Source of the DNA: Paraspadella gotoi
Taxonomy: Eukaryota; Animalia; Chaetognatha
Reading direction: 5' to 3'
DNA: 64,000 nucleotides
Assembly (NCBI GenBank): GCA_051294375.1
Contig: CM119268.1
Coordinates: forward strand, 18,120,005 to 18,184,004
In this document: piece after piece, positions 27,200 through 41,037 of the stretch
Position numbering within the stretch: the first letter of the stretch is position 1
Layout: each line of letters opens with the position of its first letter
Made by a program: the position numbers and the translations under genes
The notes under the pieces: model-generated
Database searches by the model: none
Seen by the model: the letters and a program-made list of their open reading frames with translations, nothing else
Told to the model about the DNA's origin: nothing

Positions 27200-30100
27200 C
27201 GCTCAAAAGTTAGGAATGTGAATGACATCATCACGCCTGAGCGGAGAGGAAAATCACAGGGATGAAATTATCTGAATTTGAACCAACATGAATTATATGA
27301 GGGTGAGAGTTGAATTTTAAAAACAAATTTCAGAGGTTAATGGGAGCTTAGTACTAAACTAAGATTTTTGATGTCACTCATCAGCTTTGTTGATTTTTCA
27401 TCCAAAAATTAAAACAAAATAAAGACCAGCAAAATCCCGAGCGTCTCTGTCTGTCTTTCTCTCTCTCTTGGGCAAATCAAAGACAATTTGAGAGACAAGA
27501 ATCTAAATTCATAACCGACACCATGAGAAACGATGGAGGCTCCAGGAGGGCGGGAACCNNNNNNNNNNNNNNNNNNNNNNNNNNNNNNNNNNNNNNNNNN
27601 NNNNNNNNNNNNNNNNNNNNNNNNNNNNNNNNNNNNNNNNNNNNNNNNNNNNNNNNNNNNNNNNNNNNNNNNNNNNNNNNNNNNNNNNNNNNNNNNNNNN
27701 NNNNNNNNNNNNNNNNNNNNNNNNNNNNNNNNNNNNNNNNNNNNNNNNNNNNNNNNNNNNNNNNNNNNNNNNNNNNNNNNNNNNNNNNNNNNNNNNNNNN
27801 NNNNNNNNNNNNNNNNNNNNNNNNNNNNNNNNNNNNNNNNNNNNNNNNNNNNNNNNNNNNNNNNNNNNNNNNNNNNNATCAAAATCTGGTATCGAAAAAA
27901 TTTCTGTGATTCGTTTTTGCAGTTGAGGGAAAACAAACCCAATCAAAATGAATATTCTTTGTTTCACGAAAAACAAAAACTAAATTAACAAAAAGTTCAA
28001 TTTTGTTGGAGAAAAAATGAGAGCCAAAGAGTAAAGAAAATAAAAATAAAAAAAACTTCAACTTTTTAAAATAAAATGGTGAAATACTTTCTTGCTGTGA
28101 TATATTCTCGAAATACAACGTTCACATGGTTTGTTTGTCTAAGATGGGAGTTTCGAAAAGTTAAAAAGACCGAAAAATTTTTCAGGGAACGACTAAAAAT
28201 CCGGATTTTTAAAAAAATTAAAGTTAGTTTTTAAAATTTTTAAAGTTTTTTTCTTTTTTTTGTAATCTTCGTTTTTGTGTTTGTCTTAGTCGCTGTCATC
28301 GTTGTCATCGTTGTCATCGTCATCTAAATTATAAATTAGTTGAGATCGCCCATCGAAATTTTCTTTATGGCAACCGATAAAACGAATGGCAACAACAATC
28401 TTTTTCACCAGAAGGATGAATGGCATAAATGCCGTATCATGCCATCACATGGTCGTTTGGCATAAACGGATTCTCCTAGCAGATTGCGCCTTGACTGAAA
28501 CCATTACAGGCGTTATACCTTTATTCCGGACCATATAATTCTCATTTTATCGTNNNNNNNNNNNNNNNNNNNNNNNNNNNNNNNNNNNNNNNNNNNNNNN
28601 NNNNNNNNNNNNNNNNNNNNNNNNNNNNNNNNNNNNNNNNNNNNNNNNNNNNNNNNNNNNNNNNNNNNNNNNNNNNNNNNNNNNNNNNNNNNNNNNNNNN
28701 NNNNNNNNNNNNNNNNNNNNNNNNNNNNNNNNNNNNNNNNNNNAAATTGGTCCAAACGGAAAGGGTGAGGAAAAGTAAGTCGAATTTGAGGTGAGACGCG
28801 AGGAGGGTCAGTTTTCGATCGATCGACGCAACTCGATCTCCTTTTTTGTTTAATTAAGAAAGACGACGACGAGACGACGACGACGACGATGGAGACAACG
28901 ATGACTACAACCATCGACAAGAATTTCAAAACCTTTTTGAAATAATCCTCGTAACCGGATGTATAAATTTGATCTTAAAACGACTCCACCTTCTATCCCG
29001 AGGNNNNNNNNNNNNNNNNNNNNNNNNNNNNNNNNNNNNNNNNNNNNNNNNNNNNNNNNNNNNNNNNNNNNNNNNNNNNNNNNNNNNNNNNNNNNNNNNN
29101 NNNNNNNNNNNNNNNNNNNNNNNNNNNNNNNNNNNNNNNNNNNNNNNNNNNNNNNNNNNNNNNNNNNNNNNNNNNNNNNNNNNNNNNNNNNNNNNNNNNN
29201 NNNNNNNNNNNNNCCTTTTCGCATTATCCTGTTACCACTCCTCGGAATAACACTCATCTTTTCTTTCTTCTCTCTAATCCTCTCTTCTCTTCTCTTTTCG
29301 TCTCTTCTCTCTTCAACTTACTTCTTTCTCCCAACTTTTTCGTATCTTTTTTATCGCTGGCTTTCTGCAAAAGTATCGGGGAATATGCTTACGTAATACT
29401 TAATACTTTTTAGGTTTGTATCACCTAAATTAGTCAAAGATGAAAGAAACAAATGAGGTGATAGAAGACAGAAATGAGGTGTTAGAAAATTAAAATGATG
29501 TGATAGAACCAAAAGACGACGAGGAACAAGGAAATGAATTAGTTTCCCTGACAAGCGGTCTGCTTTCAAGTTTCAATCCAAACCCAGCGATTTCTATCGT
29601 GTAAGGTAAGGGCAATGATTGTTCTCTTTCAAGGTAAGTTGAAGTCGTCTCGATGATGGATGAGATGTTTAGTCAGTCAGAAAACCTGATTTTAAGCAGA
29701 TGCGAAACAAGCGGAGAATATCATCGGTTTTCCCTGTAAAATTACAGGGACGTTTGATGTAACCGAGGAATTCTGAAACGGCTCGATGAAAAAAAAATAT
29801 GAGTTTCGTTCCCGATCCGCTTAATTTGATTGAAAAAGGATCTTCCATTTTTCTTTCAATCTTTCAAAAGCCCAAAAACCCTAAAACCTTAAAACCTTAA
29901 AACCTTAAAACCCTGGTTCCTCTCTGTCGAACGTCGTCGTCGTCGTCACCGTCGCCGTCGTCGTCATCCGTTCAACAAATCCCTCCCCATCAAATTCGGA
30001 TGAGGTCGAAACCGATTTTTGTGGTCAGAGATTTGAGTCTTCAAATTCCTTCAACCGTCTCTCTCTCTCTCNNNNNNNNNNNNNNNNNNNNNNNNNNNNN

Positions 30101-33100
30101 NNNNNNNNNNNNNNNNNNNNNNNNNNNNNNNNNNNNNNNNNNNNNNNNNNNNNNNNNNNNNNNNNNNNNNNNNNNNNNNNNNNNNNNNNNNNNNNNNNNN
30201 NNNNNNNNNNNNNNNNNNNNNNNNNNNNNNNNNNNNNNNNNNNNNNNNNNNNNNNNNNNNNNNNNNNNNNNNNNNNNNNNNNNNNNNNNNNNNNNNNNNN
30301 NNNNNNNNNNNNNNNNNNNNNNNNNNNNCCTGTTAATACGTCGTGAAAGGTCTTAATTGTTTATACTTAGTAAAATTTAAAATATGCACTTAAAATTATT
30401 TTCCTGTGTATGTAAAAAAAATAGTTAAAAAAGCTACAGCCTCTCTATGTTTTTGGTTGTAAAGCNNNNNNNNNNNNNNNNNNNNNNNNNNNNNNNNNNN
30501 NNNNNNNNNNNNNNNNNNNNNNNNNNNNNNNNNNNNNNNNNNNNNNNNNNNNNNNNNNNNNNNNNNNNNNNNNNNNNNNNNNNNNNNNNNNNNNNNNNNN
30601 NNNNNNNNNNNNNNNNNNNNNNNNNNNAGAGAGAGAGAGAGAGAGAGAGATACTAGCAGGGGGGCCGGCACGGGGTCGTCCGACTCCCCGAGGGGCTGCA
30701 GAGAGGCCTCAAAGGGTGATGATCTCTCCGCTCGAACCAAATTCGCTTTTCCTCTCTTTTTCTGTTGTTCAACTGTTGCCTTTTTTCTTTCTTTTCGATT
30801 TTCTTTTGTTTCTTTTCGTCCGCATTTGTTTTGGATGAGTCTGAAAAAGTGTCGAAATTTGCGACCGATGAAGACAGCGAGGAGACTCATTGGCGGAAGT
30901 TGCATCAGAAAAAAAATGTAATTGAAAGGTCGATTTAATGTTCCGAGTCTCTCTCTCTCNNNNNNNNNNNNNNNNNNNNNNNNNNNNNNNNNNNNNNNNN
31001 NNNNNNNNNNNNNNNNNNNNNNNNNNNNNNNNNNNNNNNNNNNNNNNNNNNNNNNNNNNNNNNNNNNNNNNNNNNNNNNNNNNNNNNNNNNNNNNNNNNN
31101 NNNNNNNNNNNNNNNNNNNNNNNNNNNNNNNNNNNNNNNNNNNNNNNNNNNNNNNNNNNNNNNNNNNCTCTCTCCCTTCCCCCGCTCTCCCTCTTCCACT
31201 TTTACGATCGCTGAGTCTCGGAAATTCCGGGAGAGAAACAAAATGCTTTCGTATGCAAATGAGATTTAAGGATCGCCGGCGACGACGGTAACTCGTCGAG
31301 TGGAGATGGCGATGAAGGACCGTCTCGCTCTCTGTCTCGCTCCGTTTGCCTCTGCGTCTCGCACTCGCGCGCCGTTCGTTTCCGCGCTTCGAATCACCGA
31401 CTTTCTTTCTTTGCTTTTTAAAACTTGTTATTTTTTCTTAAGTACAATTATATTTTCTTTTTAACGCTATACTTGCCGAGTCTTGCATTTCTTTCTTTTC
31501 CTTGCCTTGACTTATCTTGCCATGACTTGCCGTGTCGTGCCTTGAATTTCCATCCCCTGCCGTCCCTTGCCTTGCCTTGATATTGTGATTAAGATATTGT
31601 TCTACGTAGGATGCTTCCTATTTTTTCTCTTTCTTTCTTTCACTCATTTTTTCTATTTTTTAAAGACTTTTTTTTTCTTTCAGACTCATTTATTCTTGGC
31701 CACAAAAAAGAGAGCAAAAACTTTGACTTTCTTCTTTCATCTTTTGAAATGAAGTCATCCGTTAACGAGACCCGAGATGATGAATACTGCTCTGTCAGAT
31801 CCGCATCTAGACAGAAATGCCGTCGTCGCTGTCGTCGTCGTCGTCGTCGTCGTCGTCCCCGTAGTTTTCGTCGAAGTTGTTGTAATTCGAACTGGTTTTG
31901 ATTTACGTCGTTTTTGTTTTACTAACAAGGAACGATTATGTAAGAGTTTTTTTTTATATTATTTTATTACATCTATCCCCTATCAAAAAAATCAAGTGAT
32001 CACATGAGTCTGAAAAATATTCACAAAAGAATATGAGCAGAATAAAATGCAAACAGGCAAAGGAACGGCGAGTGCTCGCTTTTTTTTTTTATCTTTTTTT
32101 ACTATTTTGCTTACGTATTTTGCTTCATATTTTACGATGACATGTTTTTCGCATTATTTTCCGATTATCTTTTGAAATTTTACTTTTTGTTCTTTTTTCG
32201 TTTCATTCCTTTTTTTTCTTCCCACTTACTCCCTTTTTCTTTCGCGCTTTTCTTTACCTTTCCCTTTCCATTTCTTTCTATTTCTTCCCCCCTTTCTCTC
32301 TTTCCTTTACCGTCTCCCTCTCCCTCTCTCTCTCCCTCTCCCTCATTCTCTTCCTTTTCAAGTCATCCCATTTGGGTTTCATCGATTCTTAAGACTTTTT
32401 TGTCGAAGGNNNNNNNNNNNNNNNNNNNNNNNNNNNNNNNNNNNNNNNNNNNNNNNNNNNNNNNNNNNNNNNNNNNNNNNNNNNNNNNNNNNNNNNNNNN
32501 NNNNNNNNNNNNNNNNNNNNNNNNNNNNNNNNNNNNNNNNNNNNNNNNNNNNNNNNNNNNNNNNNNNNNNNNNNNNNNNNNNNNNNNNNNNNNCTCTCTC
32601 TCTCTCGCCGAGATCACCATTTCAATGGAGGAGGAAGAGGAAGAGGAGAAAAAAAAGAAGGAAGACGAAGAGGAGGGAAAGGAGGAAAAAGAGGGAGGAA
32701 GAAGAGGAGCGGGAGAGAGAAAGTTTCGAGGGTCGTCGTTTGTGGGTCGAAAGAGAGAGAAAAGAAATTTGTCATTTTTCATGACGAGAAAACAAATCCG
32801 TCCATAAAACGGGGAGAAAAAAAGAGAGACGAAAAAAAAGGGAAAATTTATGAAAAAAAAGAAAATTTTGAAAAAAAAGAAAAAGAAAATAAATAGTATT
32901 AAAAATACCCCAAAAAATAATAGTAAATATATAAAATTTAAGGGAAAAAATGATAGAACGAAAGAAAAAAGCAGTGGAAAAAGGCAAAAAGAAAAAAGCG
33001 TAAAAGCAAAGAGAAAAAATAAAACATAAAAAGAAAGGAAAAAAAAGAAAGAGGATGAACGAAGACGAGGATGCATCGAGTCGAGAGGGAAAAGGGGAGG

Positions 33101-33136
33101 AATTTAGTTAAAAAGAAGAAAAACCCGAGGGAGAGG
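27200..33136 (+). repeat. Redundant block A, copy 3 (matches ~8681-14265; microsatellites replaced by N gaps)
   Basis: Starts after a 25-N gap. The long (CT)n/(AG)n tracts of copy 1 are N runs here, as expected for a short-read scaffold. Confidence 0.93.
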
Positions 33137-34087
33137 NNNNNNNNNNNNNNNNNNNNNNNNNNNNNNNNNNNNNNNNNNNNNNNNNNNNNNNNNNNNNNNN
33201 NNNNNNNNNNNNNNNNNNNNNNNNNNNNNNNNNNNNNNNNNNNNNNNNNNNNNNNNNNNNNNNNNNNNNNNNNNNNNNNNNNNNNNNNNNNNNNNNNNNN
33301 NNNNNNNNNNNNNNNNNNNNNNNNNNNNNNNNNNNNNNNNNNNNNNNNNNNNNNNNNNNNNNNNNNNNNNNNNNNNNNNNNNNNNNNNNNNNNNNNNNNN
33401 NNNNNNNNNNNNNNNNNNNNNNNNNNNNNNNNNNNNNNNNNNNNNNNNNNNNNNNNNNNNNNNNNNNNNNNNNNNNNNNNNNNNNNNNNNNNNNNNNNNN
33501 NNNNNNNNNNNNNNNNNNNNNNNNNNNNNNNNNNNNNNNNNNNNNNNNNNNNNNNNNNNNNNNNNNNNNNNNNNNNNNNNNNNNNNNNNNNNNNNNNNNN
33601 NNNNNNNNNNNNNNNNNNNNNNNNNNNNNNNNNNNNNNNNNNNNNNNNNNNNNNNNNNNNNNNNNNNNNNNNNNNNNNNNNNNNNNNNNNNNNNNNNNNN
33701 NNNNNNNNNNNNNNNNNNNNNNNNNNNNNNNNNNNNNNNNNNNNNNNNNNNNNNNNNNNNNNNNNNNNNNNNNNNNNNNNNNNNNNNNNNNNNNNNNNNN
33801 NNNNNNNNNNNNNNNNNNNNNNNNNNNNNNNNNNNNNNNNNNNNNNNNNNNNNNNNNNNNNNNNNNNNNNNNNNNNNNNNNNNNNNNNNNNNNNNNNNNN
33901 NNNNNNNNNNNNNNNNNNNNNNNNNNNNNNNNNNNNNNNNNNNNNNNNNNNNNNNNNNNNNNNNNNNNNNNNNNNNNNNNNNNNNNNNNNNNNNNNNNNN
34001 NNNNNNNNNNNNNNNNNNNNNNNNNNNNNNNNNNNNNNNNNNNNNNNNNNNNNNNNNNNNNNNNNNNNNNNNNNNNNNNNNNNNNNN
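33137..34087. other. Assembly gap
   Basis: Run of N. Confidence 0.99.
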
Positions 34088-34560
34088 TTATCTTTCTCTC
34101 TCTCTCTGTGTCTTTCCTCTTTCTCATTTCTCTTCCCCTCTGATCGAAACTGTTGCCAAATGCTTCCCGCTTTTAATGACTATCGTCTTTCTTATATCTT
34201 CGTCGAGCAAATTATCCTTCTTGCCTTGACTGCGCCAAGAACCAAATCCCAAAACGGCCTTTTTCATAAAAAGAGAAAAAAATTTTAAATGTTTAACTTC
34301 CTCCTAAAAAAAATATTCTCTCCAGCTGTGGAAATGCAAATAATGCATTCGACTTGACTTTGAATCCACCTTTTAGTTTTTATTATATCTAGAAAGAAAC
34401 AATAAAATATTTATATTCCTTTTATAGTCAGCTCTTTCCAAGAGACCCAGTAAACGGAGGCTCGTTTATTATCTTCCCAACGATATTTCCACTTCCCCGA
34501 GTTGGAGCGAACCAATACAGTTTGCATTCGCTTAGTCATTCATCGTCGTCGTCGATGGCA

Positions 34561-34595
<35 letters not shown>

Positions 34596-35220
34596 TCGTT
34601 TGTCGTCAAAGGCCCCCGGAGGCCTCAAACCTCCATTCCGACCCCATGTAAACAATCCAACGTAAACACACGGGACAACTTCTTTCTCTCTCTCCCTCTC
34701 TGTCTCGTTTGACTTTCTTTTATTCTCTTTTCTCTTATTTTCTTTCTCCATTCGTTTAGTTTCCTAAGTCTTTCGGCTTAGAACTACGAAACGATTCTTA
34801 CGAGAGTCGGTTTTTTTTTCTTCGGGATTTTAAAGAAGAAAAAGAGTGAAAGGCCTGGATAGCGACGTTTATGATTTCACTTTGTCTACCTTCTTGTCGT
34901 TTACGTTTTCCCGACCTTCAACCGAATAGTGATATAGTACCACCGCGGAACGCTTTGTTCCTTTATATATTCTTCACACCTCTCGTTTGCCGGCTGAGCT
35001 GAGGTCTATTAAGAGAAAACCGCGTCCCCTGCAAAGAGACGTTTACGACTCAACTTTTTCTTTATTTCATCTTTTTTTATTCTTTTTTTTTTCTGCTTCG
35101 CTTTCTTAACTTTTAACTTTTTCCCCCTTGATAATTATTCACCGTCATAAAAATTTAAGAGCGGAAATATTGGAGACATTCACTGTCTATCTTAGCTTTA
35201 ATTTATCATTAAAATTACTA

Positions 35221-35282
35221 TATGAAATTGGTACAACCAATATAAAAATTATCCATTCATTTAATAAACAAGCGATCGTGCC
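35221..35282 (+). repeat. Dispersed short repeat (possible transposon end); also at 46113-46174 (-) and 61211-61233 (+)
   Basis: tatgaaattggtacaaccaatat is identical at 35221 and 61211. A ~60-bp reverse-complement match with few mismatches lies at 46113-46174. Confidence 0.8.
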
Positions 35283-35677
35283 CCTGACTTTGGTGGTTCC
35301 ATCACTCTTATATTGTTTAAATTTTAATCCGAGTTATTTTTATTTCTATATCCAGTCCCATTTGTTTTATGTTCAGAAAAAAAACAACTTTTGGTTCTAC
35401 CCCTAATAAAAAACTGTTTTTTCTCATCGAAAAAAATCGGAAGGATGTCAGTTAACGATTCCCGCCTCGAAAAACTAGACTTAATTCGATTAAATTCGAC
35501 CAAAAATACGAAAAACTAAAAAAAGTCTTTGGCTTTGAAAAGAAAAACAAGACAAAGTTTTTCTTTTAAAGGAAATCCTCAAAAATAAATAGGACGGAAT
35601 TTCGGAGGGCGAAAAGTTATAGTGATGGATGTAGGGATAAACGGACGAAAAGGGACGGAGAAATGAGAGGAGAGAGT

Positions 35678-35727
<50 letters not shown>

Positions 35728-36139
35728 GAGAGAGACAGTAGCTTAACCGGGTTAATAAACAAATAAGGTTTTGAGACAAAAAGAGAAAGAATTAATTAAG
35801 ATTTGTCGCCGTGGATGTTCGCCACCCGGAGTGGAAGAAGTAATGAATGAGTCGAGACAAGCGGGTGGGAGAAGTCAGTCAATGAGTAGATGACGGATAC
35901 AGAAAATAGTTCATTTTGTAATAGCTAATTATAGTTATAGTCGTATTAATTATAGACTATTCGCTTAAATTTGCGTCTCGGTGTTATGACTGCGTCGCTA
36001 ATTCTTTACTACAACCACGAAATCCAGATAATCTCGGATTAATCTATTTCTCGTTTTGCTCTCGTTTTTTTTTCGTATCGATCCGTGCGTCTGTCCGTGC
36101 GTCCGTCTTTTCATCCCGAATAAGAGATCGCACGAACGC

Positions 36140-36195
36140 GCGGTTGTGGCGCCGGTGCGCGCATGCGAACAGATGCGGTCACACGCACGTGAAGG
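36140..36195. promoter_or_regulatory. CpG-rich promoter-like patch
   Basis: NRF1-like GCGCATGCG (36159-36167) and E-box CACGTG (36186-36191). Motif evidence only. Confidence 0.25.
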
Positions 36196-37721
36196 CGGAC
36201 GGATGAGTGTAAAGTTGGAATCGTTGAAAAAGTCGGTAAAGTATAGAAAACTTTTTATTAGAAAATTTTGAAAATCATCATCAATTAATTGTTCTAATTA
36301 AAATAGAAAAAAAATAATAGATGCCAGACGCCACTGCAAGACGCCGCTTTTCGGGCGGCGTCATCATTTTCAAGCGATGAGGTGGCGCTCATATCCTGGC
36401 GTCGTCGAGCGGCGCTCATCTCCGCCGGTTGTTGAGCTGCGATCACAGACGCCAACTCAGCGAGTTTTTGGGGGAGGGATGGAGGAGAGACGATGAAGGG
36501 GAGGAGAAGTTGAGGAAGAGGAGGGGAGATGGGGAGTAATGGGAGGAGGAGAAGGGAAAGCAGGGAAGGGGAGACTGGCGGTAAAGGATTAAGCGTTGCT
36601 TAAAGAACATAATAGAAGGACAATAACAAAAATAAAAGTGGACAGCGAGTTTCTTAAAATATTTAAGAAAATCATAAAAAGAGCTAAAGCAAATTGCAAG
36701 GAAGATTCATTTAGAAATTCTTACAAACTCTGCACTTCAATAACTACCTTCAATGCTACCATTGCTACTTGCGTCTTCCTGTTTCACCACCTCATTCTCT
36801 TTCCGCTCTCTTTTTCACGCCTTCATGTATTCCTGCCTTTCCTTTCCTTTTCTTTCCTTTTCTTTCCTTTCCTTTTCTTCCCTTCCCTTCCCATTTCTCC
36901 CTTCCCTTCCCCTCACCTCCCCCTCCCTTTTCTCCCTTCAACCACCCATCGCGACTTAACCACCGAAGAAACGAAAAAAAGAAGAAAATTTCCCGTCAAC
37001 AATTTACATCTTTTTCGACTTTTACGACACAAAAACGAAGACAATTTAACAGAATTTGGGTTTTTAGTCTCAATTTTCCGAGAGAAGATGACATCGTCGT
37101 CGNNNNNNNNNNCGTCGTCGTCGTCATGAATTCGAAAGATGAAAAGATGCGACGATCATAAAAACGACAAAAATAAAGTATAAAGAAAAAAAAAAGAGAT
37201 AAAATTTAAAAGTTTTTCTTCCGGCAGAAAATGAGTGACGTGGAAATAAAGGAAGGTGGGAGATGAAGTGGGTTACATCAGTGGTTAAGAAAAAGAATAC
37301 GAGTCATGCGTAAATGAATAAACATAATATAAATTAACCATCGAGAAATGTATACGAAAGTGGGAGGGAAAGAATCGTTTAGCCACGCAATGCGATTTCG
37401 AGGAAAAGGCGACGATGAGGACGAAGAAGATAGGCGATGGGTAAGACGACGACGACAACGACGACGACAACGAAAACGACGACGACAGGAATGAAAAGGC
37501 ATTGAATCGCAATCGGCGAACGCGAAATGACTAATTTACCGACTCTGAACCGAAACTGACGCCGACCGGCGTCATCGACGCTGACGCTGACGACGACGAC
37601 GACGACGATTCCGACGACGACGCCCCCACTTCCCTGCCACTCGAATACGTCAAAGGTCGACCTCCTACCTACGCAGCACCGGGACGGAACACACGAAAAA
37701 CCACAATTAGTTTCTCGAGGC

Positions 37722-37756
<35 letters not shown>

Positions 37757-37758
37757 AG

Positions 37759-37802
<44 letters not shown>

Positions 37803-38754
37803 AGAGGACGGCGGACGGCGGAGGAGTAGGGGAAAGAGGGAGAGGGGAAAGGAAGGATGGGAGGGAGAAAGGGAGTGAGAAGAAGAGGTAGAGAGAAGAA
37901 AAGAGATGAAGGGAGGAAAGGAAAAATGAGGGAGGAAGAAAGAAAAGATCAAAAATTTAAAGCGTTAGAAAATCAAAATGTTTTTTTTTTTCTAAATTTT
38001 AAAATATTTTAAAATATTTTTTTTATCTTTTGCATTATGTTTAATCTAATTATTTAATTATTTTAAAAAATGATAACGAGAATTCGGAAAGAAACTGGCG
38101 GTTGGGTCGGTTGGGACGCAGGGAGAGAATGGCGATGAAGAAATCTCCTAATTTTATTTGACGCGTCTTTCATTTTCTGTTATTAACGAGTTTCATTCAT
38201 GAGCCAAGACGAACGAGATTTGAATCGATGGCCGACGGCTGATCGGGGTAAGGGAAGGGGAAGGAAAGTTTCTGATTGGTAAGGTCAGAGGTTCGATGAG
38301 ATTGGTCCAGAGAGAAAATAGGTTTGGGTTTTTCGTTTTCTTTTTTACGAGGGACCAGGTGTAAGACTTAAGGAGACCGGCGAACTCAATCCAGGTTCGC
38401 GTCTATTTAGATGAAAAAAGTAAGGTCAGGTTCGAGAGGGGAAGGATATTTTTTTTTACTAAAGAAAAAATATAACTCGTAGTTTCCAGAAATTAAAAAG
38501 AAAAAAACCGAAAACCAAAAGTGGAAAAAAGGGAAAATTCAAAGCCAAAGCGGCGTCAAGAAAAACAATAGGAAAAACAAAACAACAACGACGAATTAGG
38601 GAAACCATTCGTATTTGTTAAAACAATTGTCTTTCTTCTTTCGATCGAAGTAGGTGATGATTTACAGTAATTGACTTAAGACAATGAAAAAAGACAAAGG
38701 ACAAAAAGACGAAAATTAAATTCTAGTTTTGCGGGGAATTATTGGCAGAAGGAA

Positions 38755-38793
<39 letters not shown>

Positions 38794-39759
38794 TCGTTAT
38801 TACGTCAGAATTATTCTCATTATTTTCTCATTATTACGTCATTTTAAGAGGCGAAAAAAAAAGCGGGGGTCCGATTGCAGATGGCGCAGAGGTGAGGCCG
38901 GGTTGGGCGGAAGGGAAGGAGGCATTGGGTGGCTGAGACTCAGGGTAAAAACCTTTTGCGGTTGGACGCAAAAAGAAAAGATCAAAATTAGGGATAATTT
39001 GGTCAACGACGCCGACAACAACAACAACGACGACTTTTTTTTTGAGGAGAAAAAGGGAAACGCGGTTAACCAGAATTCTGCAGGGGGTAAGAATAATCTT
39101 TAATTTGTTTTTGTTTAAGGTAACTTATGATAAATATATATATATATTTTTGTTTATAATTTGGCCTCAGTTGGGTTTTTTTTTCGTTTTTTAAATAAAA
39201 ACTTTAAAATGAGAGTTTTCAATGGAACCAAAGAAAGAAACTAAAATAAAAAAAAGAAATTGTGGGGGAAGAGCGTCACTTTTGCTCTTTTTTTTGGGGA
39301 GGGAAATCCAGTCGCTTTGAAAAGAGAAGGAAAACAAATTCGACAAAAGAATAATAAAAAAAATAATAAAAAGAAGGAAAAAGGCAAAATAAAGAAAAGA
39401 AAAGCTTCACCTTTGGAGAAGTCAAGCTGGGATAAGGGAGAGTAAACGAGAGTGAGAGCGAGAGACGGAATGAGACAGATCACTTTCGTTTTTTTATTCA
39501 CGGTTTTTTCTTCTCCGCTGAGAAAAAAAGAGAGAGATAACACACGACGACTTTTTTTTGAGGAGAAAAGGGAAACGCGTTAACCAGAATTCCTGCAGGG
39601 GTAGAATAATCTTATAATTTGTTTTTGTTTAGGTACTTAGATAAATATATATATATTATATTGTTTTAATTTGACCCTCAGTTGGGGTTTTTTTTCTTCG
39701 TTTTAAAATAAAAACTGATGCGTTAATCCTTTCTTTTTCGGTTTGTTCATCAGGTATTA

Positions 39760-39920
39760 GAGAGAGCAAAGAATTTGAATTTTAACAAGATTTTATTAGT
39801 ATTGACATGTTTTCGGGCTGCTTATTCAAGCCTTCATCAGCATAATAAGGCTTGAAATAAGCAAGCCGAACAGTCGACTACAATAAAAAATCGTTGTTAA
39901 TTCAAATTCTTGCTCCTCTC
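39760..39920. mobile_element. Foldback/MITE-like palindrome, noisier copy
   Basis: Same inverted repeat as 40871-41037. Confidence 0.6.
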
Positions 39921-40288
39921 CAAATAAAACTTTAAAATGAGAGTTTCATGAACCAAAGAAAGAACTAATAAAAAAAAGAAATTTGTGGGGAAGAAGCGCA
40001 CTTTGCCTCTTTTTTGGGAGGGAAATTCCAGATCGCTTTGAAAAGAGAAGGAAAACATTCGACAAAAGATAATAAAAAAATAAAAAGAAGAAAAGGCAAA
40101 ATAAAGAAAAGAAAAGCTTCACCTTTGAGAAGTCAGCTGGGATAAGGAGAGTAAACGAGATGTGAAGAGCGAGAGACGGAATAGACAGATCACTTTCGTT
40201 TTTTTTATTCACGTTTTCCTTCTACGCTGAAAAAGTGGATCGAATTTCGTTGAAGACGCAACAAAGTGAGTCGTTGAACACGAAATTT

Positions 40289-40327
<39 letters not shown>

Positions 40328-40339
40328 GAGAGAAAGAAG

Positions 40340-40379
<40 letters not shown>

Positions 40380-40870
40380 AAGAAAGACCAAAGAACCTAT
40401 AATTTTCTGAAGAAATTGTGAAAGTTTGACATTGTTGAGGCAAACTACAATTGGGTGAGTCGATGTTTACATTTCANNNNNNNNNNNNNNNNNNNNNNNN
40501 NTGATTTTAAACAACAGTGGTTAAGTTAAGCGCACATCTTGATTTTCTTCTCGCGCATTGTTTAGTGCATGAACGCATTATAGAATGTTTTCTTCGCGGC
40601 ACGGATTCATTATCGACTGTTTTTGCTAGAGAGAAAAAAAAGAGAGAGATAGACCACGACGACTTTTTTTTGAGGAGAAAAAGGGAAACGCGGTTAACCA
40701 AATTCTGCAGGGTAAGAATAATCTTTAATTTGTTTTGTTTAAGGTACTTTGATAAATATATATATATATATATTTGTTTTAATTTGACCCTCAGTTGGGT
40801 TTTTTTTCTTCGTTTTAAATAAAAACTTGATGCGTTAATCCTTTCTTTTTCGGTTTGTTCATAGGTATTA

Positions 40871-41037
40871 GAGAGAGCAAAGAATTTGAATTTTAACAGA
40901 TTTTTATTAGTAGTTGGACATGTTTCGGCTTGCTTATTTCAAAGCCTTCATCAGCATAATGAAGGCTTGAAATAAGCAAGCCGAACATGTCCACTACAAT
41001 AAAAAATCGTTGTAAATTCAAAATTCTTTGCTCTCTC
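40871..41037. mobile_element. Foldback/MITE-like palindrome (~80-bp arms, 7-nt loop)
   Basis: gagagagcaaagaatttgaa...aagccttcat [cagcata] atgaaggctt...ttcaaaattctttgctctctc. The arms are near-perfect reverse complements. The hairpin is seen directly; MITE identity is inferred. Confidence 0.65.

Noticed and set aside
37545-37720. Acidic peptide with a PPTY motif
   Set aside because: No start codon or splice acceptor, built largely from (GAC)n, and it runs into (AG)n.
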